Shown: one piece after another, positions 11,969 to 26,700 of the stretch
Layout of the letters: every line of letters starts with the position of its first letter
Position numbering within the stretch: position 1 is the first letter of the stretch
From: Auanema rhodensis
Lineage: Eukaryota > Animalia > Nematoda
Assembly: GCA_964057225.1 (NCBI GenBank)
Contig: OZ059900.1
Location: 5,270,001-5,334,000 of the forward strand
DNA length: 64,000 bases
Reading direction: 5' to 3'
Made by a program: the position numbers and the translations under genes
Notes under the pieces: model-generated
What the model was told of the DNA's origin: nothing
Database searches by the model: none
Seen by the model: the letters and a program-made list of their open reading frames with translations, nothing else

Positions 11969-14900
11969 TAACTATACCACCTAAGTATCCGAAGAAAGTG
12001 ATCTTGATTTGTAACTCGGTGCCCGGTAAAGATAGAAGAATACTGTACATTTTGATGAACTCTCCATGGCCATATTAGACTAAAAACACTATCTTATTGT
12101 GTTTGATGCATGGTAGAAAGGACTTCCAATTTTATGTGAAGAGTTAACTATACCACCTAAGTATCCGAAGAAAGTGATCTTGATTTGTAACTTGGTGCCC
12201 GTTAAAGATAGAAGAATACTGTACATTTTAATAAATTCTCCATGGTCATATTAGTCTAAAAACACTATCTTATTGTGTTTGATGCATGGTAGCCAGGACT
12301 TCCAATTTTATGTGAAGAGTTAACTATACCACCTAAGTATCCGAAGAAAGTGATCTTGATTTGTAACTTGGTGCCCGGTAAAGATAGAAAAATACTGTAC
12401 ATTTTAATGAATTCTCCAGGGTCATATTAGTCTAAAAACACTATCTTATTGTGTTTGATGCATGGTAACCAAGACTTCCAATTTTATGTGAACAGTTAAC
12501 TATACCACCTAAGTATCCGAAGAAAGTGATCTTGATTTGTAACTCGGTGCCCGTTAAAGATAGAAGAATACTGTACATTTTAATGAATTCTCCATGGCCA
12601 TATTAGTCTAAAAACACTATCTTATTGTGTTTGATGCATGGTAGCCAGGACTTCCAATTTTATGTGACGAGTTAACTATACCACCTAAGTATCCGAAGAA
12701 AGTGATCTTGATTTGTAACTTGGTGCCCGGTAAAGATAGAAAAATACTGTACATTTTAATGAATTCTCCATAGTCATATTAGTCTAAAAACACTATCTTA
12801 TTGTGTTTGATGCATGGTAACCAAGACTTCCAATTTTATGTGAACAGTTAACTATACCACCTAAGTATCCGAAGAAAGTGATCTTGATTTGTAACTCGGT
12901 GCCCGGTAAAGATAGAAGAATACTGTACATTTTGATGAACTCTCCATGGCCATATTAGACTAAAAACACTATCTTATTGTGTTTGATGCATGGTAGCCAG
13001 GATTTCCAATTTTATGTGAACAGTTAACTATACCACCTAAGTATCCGAAGAAAGTGATCTTGATTTGTAACTCGGTGCCCGGTAAAGATAGAAGAATACT
13101 GTACATTTTGATGAACTCTCCATGGCCATATTAGACTAAAAACACTATCTTATTGTGTTTGATGCATGGTAGCCAGGACTTCCAATTTTATGTGAACAGT
13201 TAACTATACCACCTAAGTATCCGAAGAAAGTGATCTTGATTTGTAACTCGGTGCCCGTTAAAGATAGAAGAATACTGTACATTTTAATGAATTCTCCATG
13301 GCCATATTAGTCTAAAAACACTATCTTATTGTGTTTGATGCATGGTAGCCAGGACTTCCAATTTTATGTGACGAGTTAACTATACCACCTAAGTATCCGA
13401 AGAAAGTGATCTTGATTTGTAACTTGGTGCCCGGTAAAGATAGAAAAATACTGTACATTTTAATGAATTCTCCATAGTCATATTAGTCTAAAAACACTAT
13501 CTTATTGTGTTTGATGCATGGTAACCAAGACTTCCAATTTTATGTGAAGAGTTAACTATACCACCTAAGTATCCGAAGAAAGTGATCTTGATTTGTAACT
13601 TGGTGCCCGTTAAAGATAGAAGAATACTGTACATTTTAATAAATTCTCCATGGTCATATTAGTCTAAAAACACTATCTTATTGTGTTTGATGCATGGTAG
13701 CCAGGACTTCCAATTTTATGTGAAGAGTTAACTATACCACCTAAGTATCCGAAGAAAGTGATCTTGATTTGTAACTTGGTGCCCGGTAAAGATAGAAAAA
13801 TACTGTACATTTTAATGAATTCTCCAGGGTCATATTAGTCTAAAAACACTATCTTATTGTGTTTGATGCATGGTAACCAAGACTTCCAATTTTATGTGAA
13901 CAGTTAACTATACCACCTAAGTATCCGAAGAAAGTGATCTTGATTTGTAACTCGGTGCCCGTTAAAGATAGAAGAATACTGTACATTTTAATGAATTCTC
14001 CATGGCCATATTAGTCTAAAAACACTATCTTATTGTGTTTGATGCATGGTAGCCAGGACTTCCAATTTTATGTGACGAGTTAACTATACCACCTAAGTAT
14101 CCGAAGAAAGTGATCTTGATTTGTAACTTGGTGCCCGGTAAAGATAGAAAAATACTGTACATTTTAATGAATTCTCCATAGTCATATTAGTCTAAAAACA
14201 CTATCTTATTGTGTTTGATGCATGGTAACCAAGACTTCCAATTTTATGTGAACAGTTAACTATACCACCTAAGTATCCGAAGAAAGTGATCTTGATTTGT
14301 AACTCGGTGCCCGGTAAAGATAGAAGAATACTGTACATTTTGATGAACTCTCCATGGCCATATTAGACTAAAAACACTATCTTATTGTGTTTGATGCATG
14401 GTAGCCAGGATTTCCAATTTTATGTGAACAGTTAACTATACCACCTAAGTATCCGAAGAAAGTGATATTGATTTGTAACTCGGTGCCCGTTAAAGATAGA
14501 AGAATACTGTACATTTTAATGAATTCTCCATGGCCATATTAGACTAAAAACACTATCTTATTGTGTTTGATGCATGGTAGCCAGGACTTCCAATTTTATG
14601 TGAACAGTTAACTATACCACCTAAGTATCCGAAGAAAGTGATCTTGATTTGTAACTCGGTGCCCGGTAAAGATAGAAGAATACTGTACATTTTAATGAAT
14701 TCTCCATGGTCATATTAGACTAAAAACACTATCTTATTGTGTTTGATGCATGGTAGCCAGGACTTCCAATTTTATGTGAACAGTTAACTATACCACCTAA
14801 GTATCCGAAGAAAGTGATCTTGATTTGTAACTCGGTGCCCGGTAAAGATAGAAGAATACTGTACATTTTAATGAATTCTCCATGGTCATATTAGTCTAAA

Positions 14901-17900
14901 AACACTATCTTATTGTGTTTGATGCATGGTAGCCAGGACTTCCAATTTTATGTGAACAGTTAACTATACCACCTAAGTATCCGAAGAAAGTGATCTTGAT
15001 TTGTAACTCGGTGCCCGTTAAAGATAGAAGAATACTGTACATTTTAATGAATTCTCCATGGTCATATTAGTCTAAAAACACTATCTTATTGTGTTTGATG
15101 CATGGTAGCCAGGACTTCCAATTTTATGTGAACAGTTAACTATACCACCTAAGTATCCGAAGAAAGTGATCTTGATTTGTAACTCGGTGCCCGGTAAAGA
15201 TAGAAGAATACTGTACATTTTAATGAATTCTCCATGGCCATATTAGACTAAAAACACTATCTTATTGTGTTTGATGCATGGTAGCCAGGACTTCCAATTT
15301 TATGTGAACAGTTAACTATACCACCTAAGTATCCGAAGAAAGTGATCTTGATTTGTAACTCGGTGCCCGGTAAAGATAGAAGAATACTGTACATTTTGAT
15401 GAACTCTCCATGGCCATATTAGACTAAAAACACTATCTTATTGTGTTTGATGCATGGTAGCCAGGACTTCCAATTTTATGTGAACAGTTAACTATACCAC
15501 CTAAGTATCCGAAGAAAGTGATCTTGATTTGTAACTCGGTGCCCGGTAAAGATAGAAGAATACTGTACATTTTAATGAATTCTCCATGGCCATATTAGAC
15601 TAAAAACACTATCTTATTGTGTTTGATGCATGGTAGCCAGGACTTCCAATTTTATGTGAACAGTTAACTATACCACCTAAGTATCCGAAGAAAGTGATCT
15701 TGATTTGTAACTCGGTGCCCGGTAAAGATAGAAGAATACTGTACATTTTAATGAATTCTCCATGGCCATATTAGACTAAAAACACTATCTTATTGTGTTT
15801 GATGCATGGTAGCCAGGACTTCCAATTTTATGTGAACAGTTAACTATACCACCTAAGTATCCGAAGAAAGTGATCTTGATTTGTAACTCGGTGCCCGGTA
15901 AAGATAGAAGAATACTGTACATTTTAAAGAATTCTCCATGGTCATATTAGACTAAAAACACTATCTTATTGTGTTTGATGCATGGTAGCCAGGACTTCCA
16001 ATTTTATGTGAACAGTTAACTATACCACCTAAGTATCCGAAGAAAGTGATCTTGATTTGTAACTCGGTGCCCGGTAAAGATAGAAGAATACTGTACATTT
16101 TAATGAATTCTCCATGGCCATATTAGACTAAAAACACTATCTTATTGTGTTTGATGCATGGTAGCCAGGACTTCCAATTTTATGTGAAGAGTTAACTATA
16201 CCACCTAAGTATCCGAAGAAAGTGATCTTGATTTGTAACTTGGTGCCCGTTAAAGATAGAAGAATACTGTACATTTTAATAAATTCTCCATGGTCATATT
16301 AGTCTAAAAACACTATCTTATTGTGTTTGATGCATGGTAGCCAGGACTTCCAATTTTATGTGAAGAGTTAACTATACCACCTAAGTATCCGAAGAAAGTG
16401 ATCTTGATTTGTAACTTGGTGCCCGGTAAAGATAGAAAAATACTGTACATTTTAATGAATTCTCCAGGGTCATATTAGTCTAAAAACACTATCTTATTGT
16501 GTTTGATGCATGGTAACCAAGACTTCCAATTTTATGTGAACAGTTAACTATACCACCTAAGTATCCGAAGAAAGTGATCTTGATTTGTAACTCGGTGCCC
16601 GTTAAAGATAGAAGAATACTGTACATTTTAATGAATTCTCCATGGCCATATTAGTCTAAAAACACTATCTTATTGTGTTTCATGCATGGTAGCCAGGACT
16701 TCCAATTTTATGTGACGAGTTAACTATACCACCTAAGTATCCGAAGAAAGTGATCTTGATTTGTAACTTGGTGCCCGGTAAAGATAGAAAAATACTGTAC
16801 ATTTTAATGAATTCTCCATAGTCATATTAGTCTAAAAACACTATCTTATTGTGTTTGATGCATGGTAACCAAGACTTCCAATTTTATGTGAACAGTTAAC
16901 TATACCACCTAAGTATCCGAAGAAAGTGATCTTGATTTGTAACTCGGTGCCCGTTAAAGATAGAAGAATACTGTACATTTTAATGAATTCTCCATGGCCA
17001 TATTAGTCTAAAAACACTATCTTATTGTGTTTGATGCATGGTAGCCAGGACTTCCAATTTTATGTGAACAGTTAACTATACCACCTAAGTATCCGAACAA
17101 AGTGATCTTGATTTGTATCTCGGTGCCCGGTAAAGATAGAAGAATACTGTACATTTTGATGAACTCTCCATGGCCATATTAGACTAAAAACACTATCTTA
17201 TTGTGTTTGATGCATGGTAGCCAGGACTTCCAATTTTATGTGAACAGTTAACTATACCACCTAAGTATCCGAAGAAAGTGATCTTGATTTGTAACTCGGT
17301 GCCCGTTAAAGATGGAAGAATACTGTACATTTTGATGAACTCTCCATGGCCATATTAGACTAAAAACACTATCTTATTGTGTTTGATGCATGGTAGCCAG
17401 GACTTCCAATTTTATGTGAACAGTTAACTATACCACCTAAGTATCCGAAGAAAGTGATCTTGATTTGTAACTCGGTGCCCGTTAAAGATAGAAGAATACT
17501 GTACATTTTAATGAATTCTCCGTGGTCATATTAGACTAAAAACACTATCTTATTGTGTTTGATGCATGGTAGCCAGGACTTCCAATTTTATGTGAACAGT
17601 TAACTATACCACCTAAGTATCCGAAGAAAGTGATCTTGATTTGTAACTCGGTGCCCGGTAAAGATAGAAGAATACTGTACATTTTGATGAACTCTCCATG
17701 GCCATATTAGACTAAAAACACTATCTTATTGTGTTTGATGCATGGTAGCCAGGACTTCCAATTTTATGTGAAGAGTTAACTATACCACCTAAGTATCCGA
17801 AGAAAGTGATCTTGATTTGTAACTCGGTGCCCGTTAAAGATAGAAGAATTCTGTACATTTTGATGAACTCTCCATGGCCATATTAGACTAAAAACACTAT

Positions 17901-19536
17901 CTTATTGTGTTTGATGCATGGTAGCCAGGACTTCCAATTTTATGTGAACAGTTAACTATACCACCTAAGTATCCGAAGAAAGTGATCTTGATTTGTAACT
18001 CGGTGCCCGTTAAAGATAGAAGAATACTGTACATTTTGATGAACTCTCCATGGCCATATTAGACTAAAAACACTATCTTATTGTGTTTGATGCATGGTAG
18101 CCAGGACTTCCAATTTTATGTGAACAGTTAACTATACCACCTAAGTATCCGAAGAAAGTGATCTTGATTTGTAACTCGGTGCCCGTTAAAGATAGAAGAA
18201 TACTGTACATTTTGATGAACTCTCCATGGCCATATTAGACTAAAAACACTATCTTATTGTGTTTGATGCATGGTAGCCAGGACTTCCAATTTTATGTGAA
18301 GAGTTAACTATACCACCTAAGTATCCGAAGAAAGTGATCTTGATTTGTAACTCGGTGCCCGTTAAAGATAGAAGAATACTGTACATTTTGATGAACTCTC
18401 CATGGCCATATTAGACTAAAAACACTATCTTATTGTGTTTGATGCATGGTAACCAAGACTTCCAATTTTATGTGAACAGTTAACTATACCACCTAAGTAT
18501 CCGAAGAAAGTGATCTTGATTTGTAACTCGGTGCCCGTTAAAGATAGAAGAATACTGTACATTTTAATGAATTCTCCATGGCCATATTAGTCTAAAAACA
18601 CTATCTTATTGTGTTTGATGCATGGTAGCCAGGACTTCCAATTTTATGTGAAGAGTTAACTATACCACCTAAGTATCCGAAGAAAGTGATCTTGATTTGT
18701 AACTCGGTGCCCGTTAAAGATAGAAGAATACTGTACATTTTAATGAATTCTCCATGGCCATATTAGACTAAAAACACTATCTTATTGTGTTTGATGCATG
18801 GTAGCCAAGACTTCCAATTTTATGTGAACAGTTAACTATACCACCTAAGTATCCGAAGAAAGTGATCTTGATTTGTAACTCGGTGCCCGGTAAAGATAGA
18901 AGAATACTGTACATTTTGATGAACTCTCCATGGCCATATTAGTCTAAAAACACTATCTTATTGTGTTTGATGCATGGTAGCCAAGACTTCCAATTTTATG
19001 TGAACAGTTAACTATACCACCTAAGTATCCGAAGAAAGTGATCTTGATTTGTAACTCGGTGCCCGTTAAAGATAGAAGAATACTGTACATTTTAATGAAT
19101 TCTCCATGGCCATATTAGACTAAAAACACTATCTTATTGTGTTTGATGCATGGTAGCCAAGACTTCCAATTTTATGTGAACAGTTAACTATACCACCTAA
19201 GTATCCGAAGAAAGTGATCTTGATTTGTAACTCGGTGCCCGGTAAAGATAGAAGAATACTGTACATTTTAATGAATTCTCCATGGCCATATTAGACTAAA
19301 AACACTATCTTATTGTGTTTGATGCATGGTAGCCAAGACTTCCAATTTTATGTGAACAGTTAACTATACCACCTAAGTATCCGAAGAAAGTGATCTTGAT
19401 TTGTAACTCGGTGCCCGTTAAAGATAGAAGAATACTGTACATTTTAATGAATTCTCCATGGCCATATTAGACTAAAAACACTATCTTATTGTGTTTGATG
19501 CATGGTAGCCAAGACTTCCAATTTTATGTGAACAGT

Positions 19537-22500
19537 TAACTATACCACCTAAGTATCCGAAGAAAGTGATCTTGATTTGTAACTCGGTGCCCGGTAAAGA
19601 TAGAAGAATACTGTACATTTTAATTAATTCTCCATGGTCATATTAGTCTAAAAACACTATCTTATTGTGTTTGATGCATGGTAGCCAGGACTTCCAATTT
19701 TATGTGAAGAGTTAACTATACCACCTAAGTATCCGAAGAAAGTGATCTTGATTTGTAACTCGGTGCCCGTTAAAGATAGAAGAATACTGTACATTTTAAT
19801 GAATTCTCCATGGCCATATTAGTCTAAAAACACTATCTTATTGTGTTTGATGCATGGTAGCCAGGACTTCCAATTTTATGTGAAGAGTTAACTATACCAC
19901 CTAAGTATCCGAAGAAAGTGATCTTGATTTGTAACTCGGTGCCCGTTAAAGATAGAAGAATACTGTACATTTTAATGAATTCTCCATGGCCATATTAGTC
20001 TAAAAACACTATCTTATTGTGTTTGATGCATGGTAGCCAGGACTTCCAATTTTATGTGAAGAGTTAACTATACCACCTAAGTATCCGAAGAAAGTGATCT
20101 TGATTTGTAACTCGGTGCCCGTTAAAGATAGAAGAATACTGTACATTTTAATGAATTCTCCATGGCCATATTAGACTAAAAACACTATCTTATTGTGTTT
20201 GATGCATGGTAGCCAAGACTTCCAATTTTATGTGAACAGTTAACTATACCACCTAAGTATCCGAAGAAAGTGATCTTGATTTGTAACTCGGTGCCCGGTA
20301 AAGATAGAAGAATACTGTACATTTTGATGAACTCTCCATGGCCATATTAGACTAAAAACACTATCTTATTGTGTTTGATGCATGGTAGCCAAGACTTCCA
20401 ATTTTATGTGAACAGTTAACTATACCACCTAAGTATCCGAAGAAAGTGATCTTGATTTGTAACTCGGTGCCCGGTAAAGATAGAAGAATACTGTACATTT
20501 TGATGAACTCTCCATGGCCATATTAGACTAAAAACACTATCTTATTGTGTTTGATGCATGGTAGCCAGGACTTCCAATTTTATGTGAAGAGTTAACTATA
20601 CCACCTAAGTATCCGAAGAAAGTGATCTTGATTTGTAACTCGGTGCCCGTTAAAGATAGAAGAATTCTGTACATTTTGATGAACTCTCCATGGCCATATT
20701 AGACTAAAAACACTATCTTATTGTGTTTGATGCATGGTAGCCAGGACTTCCAATTTTATGTGAACAGTTAACTATACCACCTAAGTATCCGAAGAAAGTG
20801 ATCTTGATTTGTAACTCGGTGCCCGGTAAAGATAGAAGAATACTGTACATTTTGATGAACTCTCCATGGCCATATTAGACTAAAAACACTATCTTATTGT
20901 GTTTGATGCATGGTAGCCAGGACTTCCAATTTTATGTGAACAGTTAACTATACCACCTAAGTATCCGAAGAAAGTGATCTTGATTTGTAACTCGGTGCCC
21001 GGTAAAGATAGAAGAATACTGTACATTTTGATGAACTCTCCATGGCCATATTAGACTAAAAACACTATCTTATTGTGTTTGATGCATGGTAGCCAGGACT
21101 TCCAATTTTATGTGAACAGTTAACTATACCACCTAAGTATCCGAAGAAAGTGATCTTGATTTGTAACTCGGTGCCCGGTAAAGATAGAAGAATACTGTAC
21201 ATTTTGATGAACTCTTCATGGCCATATTAGACTAAAAACACTATCTTATTGTGTTTGATGCATGGTAGCCAGGACTTCCAATTTTATGTGAACAGTTAAC
21301 TATACCACCTAAGTATCCGAAGAAAGTGATCTTGATTTGTAACTCGGTGCCCGGTAAAGATAGAAGAATACTGTACATTTTGATGAATTCTCCATGGCCA
21401 TATTAGACTAAAAACACTATCTTATTGTGTTTGATGCATGGTAACCAAGACTTCCAATTTTATGTGAAGAGTTAACTATACCACCTAAGTATCCGAAGAA
21501 AGTGATCTTGATTTGTAACTCGGTGCCCGTTAAAGATAGAAGAATACTGTACATTTTAATGAATTCTCCATGGCCATATTAGACTAAAAACACTATCTTA
21601 TTGTGTTTGATGCATGGTAGCCAAGACTTCCAATTTTATGTGAACAGTTAACTATACCACCTAAGTATCCGAAGAAAGTGATCTTGATTTGTAACTCGGT
21701 GCCCGGTAAAGATAGAAGAATACTGTACATTTTGATGAACTCTCCATGGCCATATTAGACTAAAAACACTATCTTATTGTGTTTGATGCATGGTAGCCAA
21801 GACTTCCAATTTTATGTGAACAGTTAACTATACCACCTAAGTATCCGAAGAAAGTGATCTTGATTTGTAACTCGGTGCCCGGTAAAGATAGAAGAATACT
21901 GTACATTTTAATTAATTCTCCATGGTCATATTAGTCTAAAAACACTATCTTATTGTGTTTGATGCATGGTAGCCAGGACTTCCAATTTTATGTGAAGAGT
22001 TAACTATACCACCTAAGTATCCGAAGAAAGTGATCTTGATTTGTAACTCGGTGCCCGTTAAAGATAGAAGAATACTGTACATTTTAATGAATTCTCCATG
22101 GCCATATTAGTCTAAAAACACTATCTTATTGTGTTTGATGCATGGTAGCCAGGACTTCCAATTTTATGTGAAGAGTTAACTATACCACCTAAGTATCCGA
22201 AGAAAGTGATCTTGATTTGTAACTCGGTGCCCGTTAAAGATAGAAGAATACTGTACATTTTAATGAATTCTCCATGGCCATATTAGTCTAAAAACACTAT
22301 CTTATTGTGTTTGATGCATGGTAGCCAGGACTTCCAATTTTATGTGAAGAGTTAACTATACCACCTAAGTATCCGAAGAAAGTGATCTTGATTTGTAACT
22401 CGGTGCCCGTTAAAGATAGAAGAATACTGTACATTTTAATGAATTCTCCATGGCCATATTAGACTAAAAACACTATCTTATTGTGTTTGATGCATGGTAG

Positions 22501-22880
22501 CCAAGACTTCCAATTTTATGTGAACAGTTAACTATACCACCTAAGTATCCGAAGAAAGTGATCTTGATTTGTAACTCGGTGCCCGGTAAAGATAGAAGAA
22601 TACTGTACATTTTGATGAACTCTCCATGGCCATATTAGACTAAAAACACTATCTTATTGTGTTTGATGCATGGTAGCCAAGACTTCCAATTTTATGTGAA
22701 CAGTTAACTATACCACCTAAGTATCCGAAGAAAGTGATCTTGATTTGTAACTCGGTGCCCGGTAAAGATAGAAGAATACTGTACATTTTAATTAATTCTC
22801 CATGGTCATATTAGTCTAAAAACACTATCTTATTGTGTTTGATGCATGGTAGCCAGGACTTCCAATTTTATGTGAAGAGT
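19537..22880. repeat. 5-monomer block (19537-20416) repeated at 21825-22704 and restarting at 22705
   Basis: Rare TTAATTAATT variant at ~19625, ~21913 and ~22793 (13- and 5-unit offsets). The first two are followed by the same series of four unit types. Confidence 0.85.
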
Positions 22881-23760
22881 TAACTATACCACCTAAGTAT
22901 CCGAAGAAAGTGATGTTGATTTGTAACTTGATGCCCGTTAAAGATAGAAGAATACTGTACATTTTAATGAATTCTCCATGGCCATATTAGTCTAAAAACA
23001 CTATCTTATTGTGTTTGATGCATGGTAACCTAGATTTCCAATTTCATGTGAAGAGTTAACTATACCACCTAAGTATCCGAAGAAAGTGATCTTGATTTGT
23101 AACTCGGTGCCCGGTAAAGATAGAAGAATACTGTACATTTTGATGAACTCTCCATGGCCATATTAGACTAAAAACACTATCTTATTGTGTTTGATGCATG
23201 GTAGCCAGGACTTCCAATTTTATGTGAACAGTTAACTATACCACCTAAGTATCCGAAGAAAGTGATCTTGATTTGTAACTCGGTGCCCGGTAAAGATAGA
23301 AGAATACTGTACATTTTGATGAACTCTCCATGGCCATATTAGACTAAAAACACTATCTTATTGTGTTTGATGCATGGTAGCCAGGACTTCCAATTTTATG
23401 TGAACAGTTAACTATACCACCTAAGTATCCGAAGAAAGTGATCTTGATTTGTAACTCGGTGCCCGGTAAAGATAGAAGAATACTGTACATTTTGATGAAC
23501 TCTTCATGGCCATATTAGACTAAAAACACTATCTTATTGTGTTTGATGCATGGTAGCCAGGACTTCCAATTTTATGTGAACAGTTAACTATACCACCTAA
23601 GTATCCGAAGAAAGTGATCTTGATTTGTAACTCGGTGCCCGGTAAAGATAGAAGAATACTGTACATTTTGATGAATTCTCCATGGCCATATTAGACTAAA
23701 AACACTATCTTATTGTGTTTGATGCATGGTAACCAAGACTTCCAATTTTATGTGAAGAGT

Positions 23761-26700
23761 TAACTATACCACCTAAGTATCCGAAGAAAGTGATCTTGAT
23801 TTGTAACTTGGTGCCCGGTAAAGATAGAAGAATACTGTACATTTTAATGAATTCTCCATGGTCATATTAGTCTAAAAACACTATCTTATTGTGTTTGATG
23901 CATGGTAGCCAGGACTTCCAATTTTATGTGAAGAGTTAACTATACCACCTAAGTATCTGAAGAAAGTGATCCTGATTTGTAACTTGGTGCCCGTTAAAGA
24001 TAGAAGAATACTGTACATTTTAATAAATTCTCCATGGTCATATTAGTCTAAAAACACTATCTTATTGTGTTTGATGCATGGTAGCCAGGACTTCCAATTT
24101 TATGTGAAGAGTTAACTATACCACCTAAGTATCCGAAGAAAGTGATCTTGATTTGTAACTTGGTGCCCGTTAAAGATAGAAGAATACTGTACATTTTAAT
24201 AAATTCTCCATGGTCATATTAGTCTAAAAACACTATCTTATTGTGTTTGATGCATGGTAGCCAGGACTTCCAATTTTATGTGAAGAGTTAACTATACCAC
24301 CTAAGTATCCGAAGAAAGTGATCTTGATTTGTAACTTGGTGCCCGGTAAAGATAGAAGAATACTGTACATTTTAATGAATTCTCCATGGTCATATTAGTC
24401 TAAAAACACTATCTTATTGTGTTTGATGCATGGTAGCCAGGACTTCCAATTTTATGTGAAGAGTTAACTATACCACCTAAGTATGCGAAGAAAGTGATCT
24501 TGATTTGTAACTTGGTGCCCGTTAAAGATAGAAGAATACTGTACATTTTAATGAATTCTCCATGGCCATATTAGTCTAAAAACACTATCTTATTGTGTTT
24601 GATGCATGGTAACCTAGATTTCCAATTTTATGTGAAGAGTTAACTATACCACCTAAGTATCCGAAGAAAGTGATCTTGATTTGTAACTTGGTGCCCGTTA
24701 AAGATAGAAGAATACTGTACATTTTAATGAGTTCTCCATGGTCATATTAGTCTAAAAACAATATCTTATTGTGTTTGATGCATGGTAGCCAGGACTTCCA
24801 ATTTTATGTGAAGAGTTAACTATACCACCTAAGTATCCGAAGAAAGTGATCTTGATTTGTAACTCGGTGCCCGGTAAAGATAGAAGAATACTGTACATTT
24901 TGATGAACTCTTCATGGCCATATTAGACTAAAAACACTATCTTATTGTGTTTGATGCATGGTAGCCAGGACTTCCAATTTTATGTGAACAGTTAACTATA
25001 CCACCTAAGTATCCGAAGAAAGAGATCTTGATTTGTAACTTGGTGCCCGTTAAAGATAGAAGAATACTGTACATTTTAATAAATTCTCCATGGTCATATT
25101 AGTCTAAAAACACTATCTTATTGTGTTTGATGCATGGTAGCCAGGACTTCCAATTTTATGTGAAGAGTTAACTATACCACCTAAGTATCCGAAGAAAGTG
25201 ATCTTGATTTGTAACTCGGTGCCCGGTAAAGATAGAAGAATACTGTACATTTCAATAAATTCTCCATGGCCATATTAGACTAAAAACACTATCTTATTGT
25301 GTTTGATGCATGGTAGCCAGGACTTCCAATTTTATGTGAACAGTTAACTATACCACCTAAGTATCCGAAGAAAGTGATCTTGATTTGTAACTCGGTGCCC
25401 GTTAAAGATAGTAGAATACTGTACATTTTAATGAATTCTCCATGGCCATATTAGTCTAAAAACACTATCTTATTGTGTTTGATGCATGGTAACCAAGACT
25501 TCCAATTTTATGTGAACAGTTAACTATACCACCTAAGTATCCGAAGAAAGTGATCTTGATTTGTAACTCGGTGCTTGTTAAAGATAGAAGAATACTGTAC
25601 ATTTTAATGAATTCTCCATGGTCATATTAGTCTAAAAACACTATCCTATTGTGTTTGATGCATGGTAGCCAGGACTTCCAATTTTATGTGAAGAGTTAAC
25701 TATACCACCTAAGTATCCGAAGAAAGTGATCTTGATTTGTAACTCGGTGCCCGGTAAAGATAGAAGAATACTGTACATTTTGATGAACTCTTCATGGCCA
25801 TATTAGACTAAAAACACTATCTTATTGTGTTTGATGCATGGTAGCCAGGACTTCCAATTTTATGTGAACAGTTAACTATACCACCTAAGTATCCGAAGAA
25901 AGTGATCTTGATTTGTAACTCGGTGCCCGTTAAAGATAGAAGAATACTGTACATTTTAATGAATTCTCCATGGCCATATTAGACTAAAAACACTATCTTA
26001 TTGTGTTTGATGCATGGTAACCAAGACTTCCAATTTTATGTGAAGAGTTAACTATACCACCTAAGTATCCGAAGAAAGTGATCTTGATTTGTAACTTGGT
26101 GCCCGGTAAAGATAGAAGAATACTGTACATTTTGATGAACTCTTCATGGCCATATTAGACTAAAAACACTATCTTATTGTGTTTGATGCATGGTAGCCAG
26201 GACTTCCAATTTTATGTGAACAGTTAACTATACCACCTAAGTATCCGAAGAAAGTGATCTTGATTTGTAACTCGGTGCCCGGTAAAGATAGAAGAATACT
26301 GTACATTTTGATGAACTCTTCATGGCCATATTAGACTAAAAACACTATCTTATTGTGTTTGATGCATGGTAGCCAGGACTTCCAATTTTATGTGAACAGT
26401 TAACTATACCACCTAAGTATCCGAAGAAAGTGATCTTGATTTGTAACTCGGTGCCCGGTAAAGATAGAAGAATACTGTACATTTTGATGAACTCTTCATG
26501 GCCATATTAGACTAAAAACACTATGTTATTGTGTTTGATGCATGGTAGCCAGGACTTCCAATTTTATGTGAACAGTTAACTATACCACCTAAGTATCCGA
26601 AGAAAGTGATCTTGATTTGTAACTCGGTGCCCGGTAAAGATAGAAGAATACTGTACATTTTGATGAACTCTTCATGGCCATATTAGACTAAAAACACTAT

